Shown here: in pieces, positions 35,379 to 43,168 of the stretch
Layout of the letters: each line of letters opens with the position of its first letter
Position numbering within the stretch: the first letter of the stretch is position 1
Origin: a virus
Length of the DNA: 51,752 nucleotides
Virus genome (UHGV): UHGV-0020692
Strand: one strand, 5' to 3'
Notes under the pieces: model-generated
Database searches by the model: none
Told to the model about the DNA's origin: nothing
What the model saw: only the letters and a program-made list of their open reading frames with translations
Position numbers and translations under genes: made by a program

Positions 35379-36122
35379 ATGGGAAATTTTGAAAAATACT
35401 TGCGGTTCGCCAACGATCTGACGAATGGAACCAACTCAAAATTCAGGACAAAGGCTGAGCTGGCTGAGTTCGCCGGTATTGCTCCATCCCAGGTGAAGAA
35501 ATACCAAACAGCCAGCGACATGAAGAACATCGAGAAGTTCTTTGCCTTTCTCGACAAGCTAGGCGTTAATCTGGACTTCGAGCTCAATCCTGAACCAGAT
35601 CGAGACGTGTGCTTCGTGAATGCCAGGATCATGCCCGCCGGCGAGCATGTGACTCCACCCGTGGCCGAGGACTATCTGGCCGCGCCCCTGGTTGGCGAGG
35701 TGGGTGCCGGGCCCGGCTACCTGCCGCAGGAAAGCGTCGAAAGCTGGTTCCTGGTCTACAAGCATGTGCCCGCCATCATGGGCCGCCGCAACCTGATCGC
35801 CGTGGAGATCGGGAAGACCTCCACTTCCATGCTGCCCCTGCTCTCCCCCGGTGACATCGTGCTGGTAGACAGAGACGACATTGACGTCAGCCACGCCGGG
35901 CACATCATGCTGGTGCGGGATCCTGAAGGCGCGGGCATGGTCAAGCGCGTCAGCGTCCAGCCCACGCCCGGAAGCCGGGACTTTTCCATCCAGTTTTACA
36001 GCGACAACGCCGCCACCAACCCGCCGATGCTCTACAGTCTACGCGAGGACTACGGCGGCGAGATCAGCAACGCCATCGTGGGCCGCGTGATCTGGGCATG
36101 GAGCGACGTGAGGGGAAAGTAG
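35379..36122 (+). CDS. CI-like repressor with a LexA/S24 peptidase C-terminal domain
   Basis: N-terminal HTH region. C-terminal S24 motifs LLSPGDIVLVD...HIMLVRDPEGAGMVKRV. Confidence 0.8.
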   Translation: MGNFEKYLRFANDLTNGTNSKFRTKAELAEFAGIAPSQVKKYQTASDMKNIEKFFAFLDKLGVNLDFELNPEPDRDVCFVNARIMPAGEHVTPPVAEDYLAAPLVGEVGAGPGYLPQESVESWFLVYKHVPAIMGRRNLIAVEIGKTSTSMLPLLSPGDIVLVDRDDIDVSHAGHIMLVRDPEGAGMVKRVSVQPTPGSRDFSIQFYSDNAATNPPMLYSLREDYGGEISNAIVGRVIWAWSDVRGK

Positions 36123-36533
36123 ATGGAGCTGAAAGACTTTGTATCTCAAGTTATCACTGAGATTTGCCAGGGGATAGATGACGCCAAGAAAAAGACGGCT
36201 GGAAGCGGGGCCCTTGTCTGCCCGCCCATCTCATCAGTTAAAGACAACATTGCCTACATCACTTACAAAAATGCAGACCACTCCACAGCAGCACTTGTCT
36301 ATTTCGATGTTGCCCTGACCGTCTCCTCCAGCGAAACCTCTGGACAAGAGGGACAAACAAAAGGTAAATTATCTGTTATGTCGCTTTTTAGTGCCAATCT
36401 CGGCATGAATGACACACAGAAAAACGAGCAGACAGAGCAAACTGTCTCACATATTCGTTTTACGATACCTGTTAGATTTCCTTCTTCTCCTTCTGATGTT
36501 CAGGGGATTTCCCCTGGGAAGGCGCGTTGTTAG
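36123..36533 (+). CDS. Hypothetical protein in the rex position (co-transcribed after cI), low GC
   Basis: ATG immediately after the cI stop (TAGATG) with RBS GAGGGG. AT-rich codon usage, suggesting acquisition. Confidence 0.5.
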   Translation: MELKDFVSQVITEICQGIDDAKKKTAGSGALVCPPISSVKDNIAYITYKNADHSTAALVYFDVALTVSSSETSGQEGQTKGKLSVMSLFSANLGMNDTQKNEQTEQTVSHIRFTIPVRFPSSPSDVQGISPGKARC

Positions 36534-36717
36534 CCAACACGGTAAAAGAAATATCATTTTTATCACTAACAAAAGAGCAAACTACTGGCACCCACCCAAC
36601 TTCTGTAATACATTCCACACCAACTTTTAGGTGAAAGCTGACCGGGGTTCCTTCTTCCAAAAAAGGGCCAAGCTCAGTCATGACAGTTTCAACAAAATCG
36701 CCAAGCGACATAGGCAT
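36472..36717 (-). CDS. Small acidic protein (81 aa) downstream of the HNH gene
   Basis: Strong RBS CAGGAGGTG then ATG at 36717. Its 3-prime end overlaps 36123..36533 convergently. Confidence 0.45.
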   Translation of the reverse strand: MPMSLGDFVETVMTELGPFLEEGTPVSFHLKVGVECITEVGWVPVVCSFVSDKNDISFTVLANNAPSQGKSPEHQKEKKEI

Positions 36718-36730
36718 ACCCGCACCTCCT

Positions 36731-36754
36731 GCCCCTCATCACGAGGGGCTTTTG
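36731..36754 (+). terminator. Hairpin GCCCCTC-atcac-GAGGGGC plus TTTTG (plus-strand terminator after the cI operon)
   Basis: 7-bp GC stem followed by a T-run. Confidence 0.35.
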
Positions 36755-36755
36755 A

Positions 36756-37214
36756 TTATGAATGAATCCACCTATGATGTTCAGCACATAGCCAAATCAC
36801 ATCCAATGGTTTTTTATAATTGTCATGGTGGGCATGAATATTGATGGTTGTCCCACATATTTCGCATGGGCACCGTTTTATTTTTCCAGAAGATATAGCA
36901 CGAGCTACTTTTTTATGAGCAGAAGCTTTTTCAGCATTCTTAATTTTCCATCGGTGTAAATACTTGGATTGCTGCTCTGGATGCGCTTGTTTATATGCTT
37001 TACGCTCTTGCTTATGCTCTCTGTTGTAAACTTTTTTCCGAGCTAGACGTCTTGCTCTAAACCTTTCCCTGTTGATTTTATCTATTTTTTTAAGACAATC
37101 TTTACATCGGGACGTTACCCCATACTTACCACCAGCTTGTTTATAGAACTCGCCTATTATTTTTTCTTCTCCGCAAATCGAACACACTTTGAAAAGACCT
37201 TCATAAGTATCCAT
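36756..37214 (-). CDS. HNH endonuclease with an N-terminal zinc ribbon and a basic linker
   Basis: HNH motif CEICGTTINIHAHHDNYKKPLDVIWLCAEHHRWIH. N-terminal CSICGEEK...CKDC. AT-rich. Confidence 0.75.
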   Translation of the reverse strand: MDTYEGLFKVCSICGEEKIIGEFYKQAGGKYGVTSRCKDCLKKIDKINRERFRARRLARKKVYNREHKQERKAYKQAHPEQQSKYLHRWKIKNAEKASAHKKVARAISSGKIKRCPCEICGTTINIHAHHDNYKKPLDVIWLCAEHHRWIHS

Positions 37215-37333
37215 ATATTCCTCTTGCCTTTCCTGAGATTCGGATGGTGAGCCTTTGAGCGAACGGCGCAAGACTCCCCTTGGTGAAGATCACCTCCACC
37301 GGGGTCTGCGCCGTCACGACTTTTTGATTCGGC

Positions 37334-37386
37334 ATGGAGCCGCCCCGTCGCTTTCGGCCCTGCGGACTGTATGCGCCTGCCGCAGG
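37334..37386 (+). repeat. Composite motif copy 1: box ATGGAGCCGCCC(C)GTCGCTTTCGGCCC plus hairpin CTGCGG-loop-CCGCAG
   Basis: Near-identical box at 38383..38408. Stem sequence differs but remains complementary, indicating covariation. Confidence 0.45.
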
Positions 37387-37620
37387 TAGGGAGGTTTAGA
37401 ACCGCGCACGGTTCCCTTGCCGGGCCTTCTCCCTTCAGACTCTACCCGTTGAGCTTGGCACCTGGTTCTCGTTACAGGCCTGCCGCCAGTGGGTTATCCC
37501 TCCCCAGCAGACCGTGCGGGTTAAGCCCGCCACTCTCTCCCCCCGTCTTCGCTTCTCCGCCGGGCCGGGGGCGCCCTGTATCGCGCCACGAGGTGTGGCG
37601 TGATTTTTTTATAGGCCATT

Positions 37621-37672
37621 TTTAGCTAATTGGCAAATACTGCTTGACTGTGTTTTAGCTATTTGGCAATAT
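37621..37672 (+). repeat. AT-rich direct repeats TTTAGCTAATTGGCAAATA / TTTAGCTATTTGGCAATAT (33-bp period), with an embedded TTGACT -35-like hexamer
   Basis: 17 of 19 identity. The only AT-rich patch in a GC-rich, ORF-free stretch. Confidence 0.4.
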
Positions 37673-38382
37673 ATACCCATGGACGACGGGGAAGGCCGGG
37701 AACACGGCCCCACGGGGCCAAGTACCAACGCCACCCCGCCGGACATACCGCCTGAGCGGCAGGGAGGCCCTGAGCAATCGGGGTGTGGGTGCAAAAGAGG
37801 CCCCACCGCAAGCGCGAACGAGGCTCACAAGGGCGGGTGGTTCAGACACAGCGGGCAGACCGCACGGGGCGCAAGTGTGAGCCGTAGAGCCGGACAGCAT
37901 GACGACGCCGAAAAAGCCGGGACAACTCCCGGATATGCGAAGGTGTGGTGAGCACTGGGCCGATACCGTTTTCCGGCTCCAGACGGGCATCCAGTGATGG
38001 ATGGCTGAAATGGAGGCGGAAAGTGGAAAAGGTTTCGCGCCCTGGTCCAAACGCCGTCCAAGCGCGACCGCATCCCGTGCGGCATCCCTCCCCCTGATCC
38101 GGCCACGGACGGCAGGAGCTGCCTGCACGGGCATGGTCGGCGGGTTCGTCGGGGCTGGTTGTCAAAGAGCGAAGCGGTGAGGGATTGTCACCGGTTGAGG
38201 TTCGGTTCCTGGGCCCCAACCGGTTACGCCCTGTACCCAGTTGAATCCCAACTCTTTCCAAATCCTCAACAGTTCCCTCAGATGCCCCAGTGGCTCCCGG
38301 GTGGTGAGCTCTGAGCGAAAGGCCCAAGCTGCCCCTTACCCATTGAGGGGCCGCTGTGACCTTCCGGCGAAGTGGTCCCGGT

Positions 38383-38434
38383 ATGGAGCCGCCCGTCGCT
38401 TTCGGCCCCTGCCCTCACTGCATCATGGGGCAGG
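38383..38434 (+). repeat. Composite motif copy 2: same box plus hairpin CTGCCC-loop-GGGCAG
   Basis: Lies 1049 bp downstream of copy 1 in the same orientation. Confidence 0.45.
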
Positions 38435-38676
38435 TCAGGAGCTTTCCGGCTGATGCGCCGCCTTCCCCGCGTCTTCTCCTGTCTCGCTGCTGCGCTTCGG
38501 GCATGGGGTCGTGGTTCCCGGTAGGATGCGGACGCCACCGTATCGAGCCGTCCATCCGCAAACGCGGCCTACTTCGCAAGGCCGCTCGCGCCTCCGGTAC
38601 ATCGGGGGAGGAAGCCGCTAGCGTGGGGCAGTTTGGTGATGCCCTCTTGCAAAGAAAATCACTTAAAAAAAGTTTA

Positions 38677-38705
38677 TTGTCAATAACTAATTTTAAGTTT
38701 ATATC
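38677..38705 (+). promoter_or_regulatory. Promoter TTGTCA-17-TATATC preceded by the A-tract CTTAAAAAAAGTTT
   Basis: Hexamers and spacing fit sigma70. UP-like A-tract upstream. Confidence 0.45.
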
Positions 38706-38755
38706 CTTAAGCACAAAATCCGTGCTACAAGAGGAGGAAAAAAGGAGTGCTTCAA

Positions 38756-39043
38756 ATGCTCACAAAGGACGATATGACAGCCCTTGAGGCAGCCATACGG
38801 TCTTCCCTCTTGGCTCGGAAAAAAGAACTGTCCATGTCTGATGATGCGCTGGGGAAAATGGCCTTCGCATTTATGGCGAACCCAGCCGGGAAGGTTCAGG
38901 CTTTACTTGTCGGTCAGGGGGCAGGAGAAAAACGGAAGCCTCAGACACTTCGCATCGGGGACGCCATGAACCTGTGTGAAGCTCTTGGGCTGCAATGGGC
39001 AGACGTAATGAGGCAGGCTGTGAAGGATCTCAAGGGCAGATAA
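38756..39043 (+). CDS. Hypothetical protein (95 aa)
   Basis: RBS AAAAGGAG then ATG at 38756. Followed by a terminator. Confidence 0.5.
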   Translation: MLTKDDMTALEAAIRSSLLARKKELSMSDDALGKMAFAFMANPAGKVQALLVGQGAGEKRKPQTLRIGDAMNLCEALGLQWADVMRQAVKDLKGR

Positions 39044-39070
39044 AAGGAATCCCGCAAGACGTGATTCAAA

Positions 39071-39096
39071 GGGGAGGTTTTCGCCTCCCCTTTTTT
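39071..39096 (+). terminator. Rho-independent terminator GGGGAGG-ttttcg-CCTCCCC-TTTTTT
   Basis: Perfect 7-bp stem plus T6. Confidence 0.6.
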
Positions 39097-39153
39097 GTTG
39101 GAATAAAAAACTTAAAAAAAGTTTCTGCTACCCTTGACTTTACACTTAAAATA

Positions 39154-39182
39154 AGTGATACTGTTTTTAACGAAAGGGGGAA
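39154..39182 (+). promoter_or_regulatory. Promoter TTGACT-17-GATACT preceded by CTTAAAAAAAGTTT
   Basis: Same A-tract as at 38655. Confidence 0.45.
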
Positions 39183-39204
39183 ACACCCCGAAGGAGAAAA
39201 CAGC

Positions 39205-39492
39205 ATGATCGTTATGAAGAGCATGAGCCACCATGAGGCCGTTGAGGAGCTGATTAAGCAGCATGATGCGACAACTCCTTTTGCTCCTGAGAATGGGGAA
39301 TCGTTGAAATTCAACGTTGGCGACAAAGTGACTTATGTGAATGACTACGGATGCGAATTTCATGACCGGAAAATTACCGGGATTATGAACAGAAAAGATG
39401 ACGAAAGCCTCTACTGCTCAGGGCGCAGGTACTACATAGACAGCGACTGCCCTTGGATGCCCGTCAAAGAATCCAATTTGCGCCTAGCCTGA
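39205..39492 (+). CDS. Hypothetical small protein (95 aa)
   Basis: RBS GAAGGAGAA then ATG at 39205. Confidence 0.5.
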   Translation: MIVMKSMSHHEAVEELIKQHDATTPFAPENGESLKFNVGDKVTYVNDYGCEFHDRKITGIMNRKDDESLYCSGRRYYIDSDCPWMPVKESNLRLA

Positions 39493-39530
39493 CCCCGCAC
39501 CAGCCCGGAGCCATCCGGGTTGGGAACGGG

Positions 39531-39556
39531 GCCGGGACACCGGCCAGAGCTTTTTG
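39531..39556 (+). terminator. Hairpin GGCCGG-gaca-CCGGCC plus a T-run
   Basis: Follows the 39205..39492 gene. Confidence 0.4.
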
Positions 39557-39764
39557 ACAATCGACGCGACGAAGGCCCCACCGGGCAGTGAGAGGATTGC
39601 TACCTACGCTGTTCGGGCAAGCTGGAGCAGACACGGACGGGGGTTGAGGTGCCGCCCGTGAAACAAGGATCAGGATGATTTCAGATTTCACACCGCCGCG
39701 CAGCGATGGGCGGCGGGGATGGAGGCTGAAACTCCAAGCGAAATTTCAAAAAAAGGACAGAGCC

Positions 39765-39950
39765 ATGACTGCCAATGAAGCCATCAACGAACGTATCGAA
39801 GTCCTGAACGAAGAACTGAGCGCCATCCACCAGGCGCAAAACATTTCCCGCTGCTGGGCCGGGAACGACACAGCCCTGCTCAACCTTGACCGCCGCGAGA
39901 CGGAGGTTTGCCGGGCCATCAACTTCTTGTCCCTGCACCGCTTCGACTAA
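39765..39950 (+). CDS. Small coiled-coil protein (61 aa)
   Basis: RBS AAAGGA then ATG (MTANEAINERIEVLNEELSAIHQAQ...). Confidence 0.35.
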   Translation: MTANEAINERIEVLNEELSAIHQAQNISRCWAGNDTALLNLDRRETEVCRAINFLSLHRFD

Positions 39951-40146
39951 CCCCTCACCCTCCCCTGACCGGCAGCGACCACGCCCTACCTCTGGTCGTT
40001 GCCGGGACTGGGGCCCGGAGAATTGTCTGTGCTGCACCAGACAAGCTGTTTTTACTTGAAATGGGCCGGGGCCGTCGGCATCGGGCTGGCGGCCCTAAGA
40101 TTTCCGGCAGGTTACTTTCTTGCTGTGCTTCCCCTGCCGGGGGGCC

Positions 40147-40246
40147 GGCGGCCCTTGTCGCTCCACAGGGCCCGCGAACTTCGTAGGCTCACCTGGAGCA
40201 GCAGGCCAGACACCCCTTCCCCTCACTGCGTATGCCTGGGGGGTGT
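40147..40246 (+). repeat. Composite motif copy 3 (diverged): box GGCGGCCCTTGTCGCTCCACAGGGCCC ... hairpin GACACCCC-TTCCCCTCACTGCGTATGCCTG-GGGGGTGTC
   Basis: Loop sequence CACTGCGTATGCCTG matches copy 1 (ACTGTATGCGCCTG) and copy 2 (TCACTGCATCATG). The stem differs again. Confidence 0.35.
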
Positions 40247-40256
40247 CTGTCACGCT

Positions 40257-40292
40257 GCGGGCCGCTTCCATCGGGGAGGCGGCCTTTGTTTT
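40257..40292 (+). terminator. Hairpin GCCGC-ttccatcggggag-GCGGC plus TTTGTTTTT
   Basis: Immediately after motif copy 3. Confidence 0.4.
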
Positions 40293-40403
40293 TCCCACTG
40301 CTCCCGCTCCCCGTGGAGAGCAGGCAAAAGCCGCTGATAGCCGGGATAGCGTGCAACGGGGCGGCGATTCATTCCGTCGTCAACCCCGAACAACAACGGC
40401 AAG

Positions 40404-40442
40404 CGCCCGGCGGCCTACCTTCCCGCCGGGCGTCATTTTTTC
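40404..40442 (+). terminator. Rho-independent terminator CGCCCGGCGG-cctaccttc-CCGCCGGGCG plus T-run
   Basis: Perfect 10-bp stem plus TCATTTTTTC. Directly upstream of the RBS of the next gene. Confidence 0.55.
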
Positions 40443-40455
40443 AAGGAGTATCCCC

Positions 40456-40629
40456 ATGCGCGAAGATGAAAAATCCTTCTGGCAAGAGGTGCGGGAGGAG
40501 CTCTCCCCCCGCCGCAATCCCATCGGCTGGGCCTGCGTCCTGGTCATCCTCGGCATGTTCTGCCTGGTCGGCTATTTCGACCATCCCGCCGGGCCGGTCA
40601 TGCGCCCGGCCATCATCGTCAGCAAGTAG
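40456..40629 (+). CDS. Small membrane protein (57 aa, one TM)
   Basis: RBS AAGGAG then ATG. TM segment IGWACVLVILGMFCLVGYF. Confidence 0.45.
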   Translation: MREDEKSFWQEVREELSPRRNPIGWACVLVILGMFCLVGYFDHPAGPVMRPAIIVSK

Positions 40630-40638
40630 GAGGCCATC

Positions 40639-40974
40639 ATGGAACTGTACGAATATGACAGCCTGTGCGACCGGTTCGGAGAGAATCAGGTGAAGTGTCA
40701 GAACTGCCGCAACTTCAACCCTGTCGAGTTTCAGAACACCCCCCAAGGTTCTATAGGCTTCTGCGCCGCCCAGTGCTTTGAGATCGACGCGGCCAACGGT
40801 ACCTCTTCCATCATCCTTCTGAACAACCGCAGCAACTGCTTCACCCCGGATGCTGTGAAGCAGGACTTTTGGCCAACGCAAGACCTGCTGGACATGGAAA
40901 AGGGGCATGTGGACTACAAGGCCACCCTGCGCAGCCTGGACGCCGAACTCCGCCGCGAAGCCGCGGCCTGGTAG
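40639..40974 (+). CDS. Cys-rich hypothetical protein (111 aa)
   Basis: RBS TAGGAGG then ATG. Confidence 0.5.
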   Translation: MELYEYDSLCDRFGENQVKCQNCRNFNPVEFQNTPQGSIGFCAAQCFEIDAANGTSSIILLNNRSNCFTPDAVKQDFWPTQDLLDMEKGHVDYKATLRSLDAELRREAAAW

Positions 40975-41109
40975 CCGCCATGTGCCGGCACGCAACCGAA
41001 TGCCCCGACGCGACCCCACGTTGCGCCGGGGCTTTGTTCTGTCCTCTGATAGAGGACCTTGAATACAGCTATGTGGGGCCGTTCGGCGGCCCCGAAGGAG
41101 AATTGACCC

Positions 41110-41973
41110 ATGACACAAGCAGCGACGCTTTTGGAGCAGGCCGGCGATTCTGCGATGAAGCAGAAGGTCAAGGATGTTGAAGAGGCTTTCGGCTTCAATC
41201 CTGCCCCTTTTTCCCTGGAAGCCATCGTGAGCAGCAAACAATTTCCCCCGCAAAAGGTCGTGGTCTACGGCGTGCCGGGCGTCGGCAAAACATCCTTCGC
41301 CGCCACCTGGCCTGCCCCCATCCTGCTCCGCACCGAAGACGGCGCCGGGGCGCTCGACGTTCCTACGTTTCCGCAGATCGCCAGATCCATGAAGGACATA
41401 CGGGACGCCCTGAATGCCCTCATCAATGGCAAGCACAACTTCAAGACGCTGATCCTTGATTCTCTTGACTGGGCCGAGCCCTTCGTCTGGAAAGAGGTCT
41501 GCCGCGAAGGCGGGAAGGCAAATATCGAGGACTTCGGCTTCGGCAAGGGCTACATCAAGGTGGACGATAAATGGAAGGCCATCCAGACCGGTCTCGATAT
41601 GCTGCGCGAGAAGCGCGGTATGCATATCGTCTGCATCGCTCACGCCGTGCCCGTCACCTTCGACCCGCCGGATGCCGACCCCTACCAGAAGTACAACATC
41701 AAGCTCCACAAGCGAGCCGCAGCTCTCTGGACGGAATGGGCCGAGATGCTGCTGTTCCTCAACTACAAGGCCAAGGTCATCAGCGGGGAAGGCGGCAGCA
41801 AGGGCAAGGCCATCGGCAAAGGAGAGCGCGTCATCTACACGCAGGAGCGCCCGGCGTACCTTGCCAAGAGTCGGTGGCCGCTGCCTGAATCCATCACCAT
41901 TGGACACGACAAGACGTGGCAGGCATTCCACGATGCCCTCAACGAAGCAAGCGAAGGAGAATACCGCAAATGA
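41110..41973 (+). CDS. Sak4-like RecA-fold ATPase (AAA_24 family, recombination/annealing)
   Basis: Walker A VVVYGVPGVGKTSFA. Walker B ILDSLDWAE. RBS GAAGGAGAA. Confidence 0.7.
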   Translation: MTQAATLLEQAGDSAMKQKVKDVEEAFGFNPAPFSLEAIVSSKQFPPQKVVVYGVPGVGKTSFAATWPAPILLRTEDGAGALDVPTFPQIARSMKDIRDALNALINGKHNFKTLILDSLDWAEPFVWKEVCREGGKANIEDFGFGKGYIKVDDKWKAIQTGLDMLREKRGMHIVCIAHAVPVTFDPPDADPYQKYNIKLHKRAAALWTEWAEMLLFLNYKAKVISGEGGSKGKAIGKGERVIYTQERPAYLAKSRWPLPESITIGHDKTWQAFHDALNEASEGEYRK

Positions 41974-42647
41974 TCGACCTCAGCCAGGAACAGGAACAGA
42001 AAAGCGCCTACGGCCCCGTCCCGAGCGGAAGCCGTGTGCTGGTGCGCCTCACCATCGAGAAGCCCAAATACGCCAGCCGTGACGACGAACTGGTGGCTAT
42101 GGCTAAAACCGGCCTGCTCCAGCTTTTCTGCAGGCTGGAAGTGGCAGCAGGGAGCTACGAGGGCGTTGCTTGGTATGAAAACATCACCCTGCCCAGCAGA
42201 GCCCAGAACATCCGCCTGACCGAAGGCCAGCAGAAAGCCTGCGGCAGCGGCGGACGTACCCTGCGGGCCATCGTGGAAGCTGTCCGTGCCGTTGACCCCA
42301 AGGACAAGAGCCCGGAGGCAGACCGCAAGCGCGTCCTGAATAGCTGGAGCGACTTGGACGGCATGGAGTTCCCGGCCCGTCTGGGTATCAGCAAGGAGCC
42401 TTACGAGGGCAGGGACGGGCGCATGTATTGGTCTAATACCCTGGGCCGCATCCTTCCCTGCACGGACAAGGAATATCAGGAGGTCATGAACGGCGGCGAG
42501 GTCATCACCGACGGCCCCGTGGTGGGCGACCAACAGCAGCAACGGCAGGCCCCCAGACAGACCGGCGGCTATGCGGACACCGGCTATCCCTCCGGCGGCT
42601 ATGCCGACTGTGCGCCTGATTACGGAACGGACGGTGTGCCTTTTTAG
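41970..42647 (+). CDS. Putative SSB-like protein with a Gly/Tyr-rich tail ending ...DYGTDGVPF
   Basis: Downstream of Sak4 with ATGA coupling. The C-terminal acidic tip resembles the SSB DDDIPF tip. Confidence 0.35.
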   Translation: MIDLSQEQEQKSAYGPVPSGSRVLVRLTIEKPKYASRDDELVAMAKTGLLQLFCRLEVAAGSYEGVAWYENITLPSRAQNIRLTEGQQKACGSGGRTLRAIVEAVRAVDPKDKSPEADRKRVLNSWSDLDGMEFPARLGISKEPYEGRDGRMYWSNTLGRILPCTDKEYQEVMNGGEVITDGPVVGDQQQQRQAPRQTGGYADTGYPSGGYADCAPDYGTDGVPF

Positions 42648-42764
42648 CTTTCAGCTATCCCCCCTCCCAAAGCGCCCCGCCGGGGGCGCTCGTACCCGGC
42701 AGCCATCCAACAAATACAGGCTGCTCTCATCTTGAGGACGGCCTTTTTTATCAAGGAGACATGC

Positions 42765-43151
42765 ATGATCCCTCTGAAAATCGAAACCCTGTACGGCGGC
42801 GGAGCCGTTGAACGGCTCCAGGAAGAGATCCAGCGCGTCATCGCCAACATCTGCGACCCCAACACCCCGGCCAAGAAGGCTCGCAAGATCAAGCTGGAGC
42901 TCGTGGTCAAGCCCAACGAGCAGCGCAATATGGCTGAAGTCGTCGTCAACACCTCGTCCACCCTCTGCCCGCCGGAACCGCTGGAAACCAGCATCTACAT
43001 CGGAAACGATCCCCGGACAGGCGAAGTCGCCGCGTCGGAGATCACCAGCGGCGAGGATCCCAACCAGAATCTCCTGCCTGATGTGGAAGTCCACATGAAC
43101 GGGAAAATCACCCGTTTCCCTGATGCCAAAACCGCCAGTGCCGGCAACTAA
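42765..43151 (+). CDS. Hypothetical phage protein (128 aa)
   Basis: RBS AAGGAGA then ATG at 42765. Confidence 0.45.
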   Translation: MIPLKIETLYGGGAVERLQEEIQRVIANICDPNTPAKKARKIKLELVVKPNEQRNMAEVVVNTSSTLCPPEPLETSIYIGNDPRTGEVAASEITSGEDPNQNLLPDVEVHMNGKITRFPDAKTASAGN

Positions 43152-43168
43152 CCCAAGGAGGAAAAACT

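Noticed and set aside
37621-37672. Sigma54 promoter in the TTGGCA repeats
   Set aside because: GG-to-GC spacing is 8 nt rather than the required 10.
37290-38740. Group II intron, retron or RNase P / tmRNA identity for the ORF-free GC-rich block
   Set aside because: No reverse-transcriptase or maturase ORF, no recognisable domain V (GAGC...GAAA...GGUUC) hairpin, no RNase P P4 (AAAGUCCGG) or tmRNA tag reading frame. Left as an unclassified candidate ncRNA.
38356-38787. 143-aa plus-strand ORF starting at motif copy 2 (MEPPVAFGPCPHC...)
   Set aside because: It runs through an AT-rich promoter and into the next gene's RBS. Copy 1 of the same motif is frameshifted by a 1-nt indel, so conservation is at the nucleotide or structure level, not the protein level.
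40441-41931. 496-aa minus-strand ORF antisense to the Sak4 region
   Set aside because: Low-complexity, no RBS. The plus-strand genes have strong RBSs and motifs.
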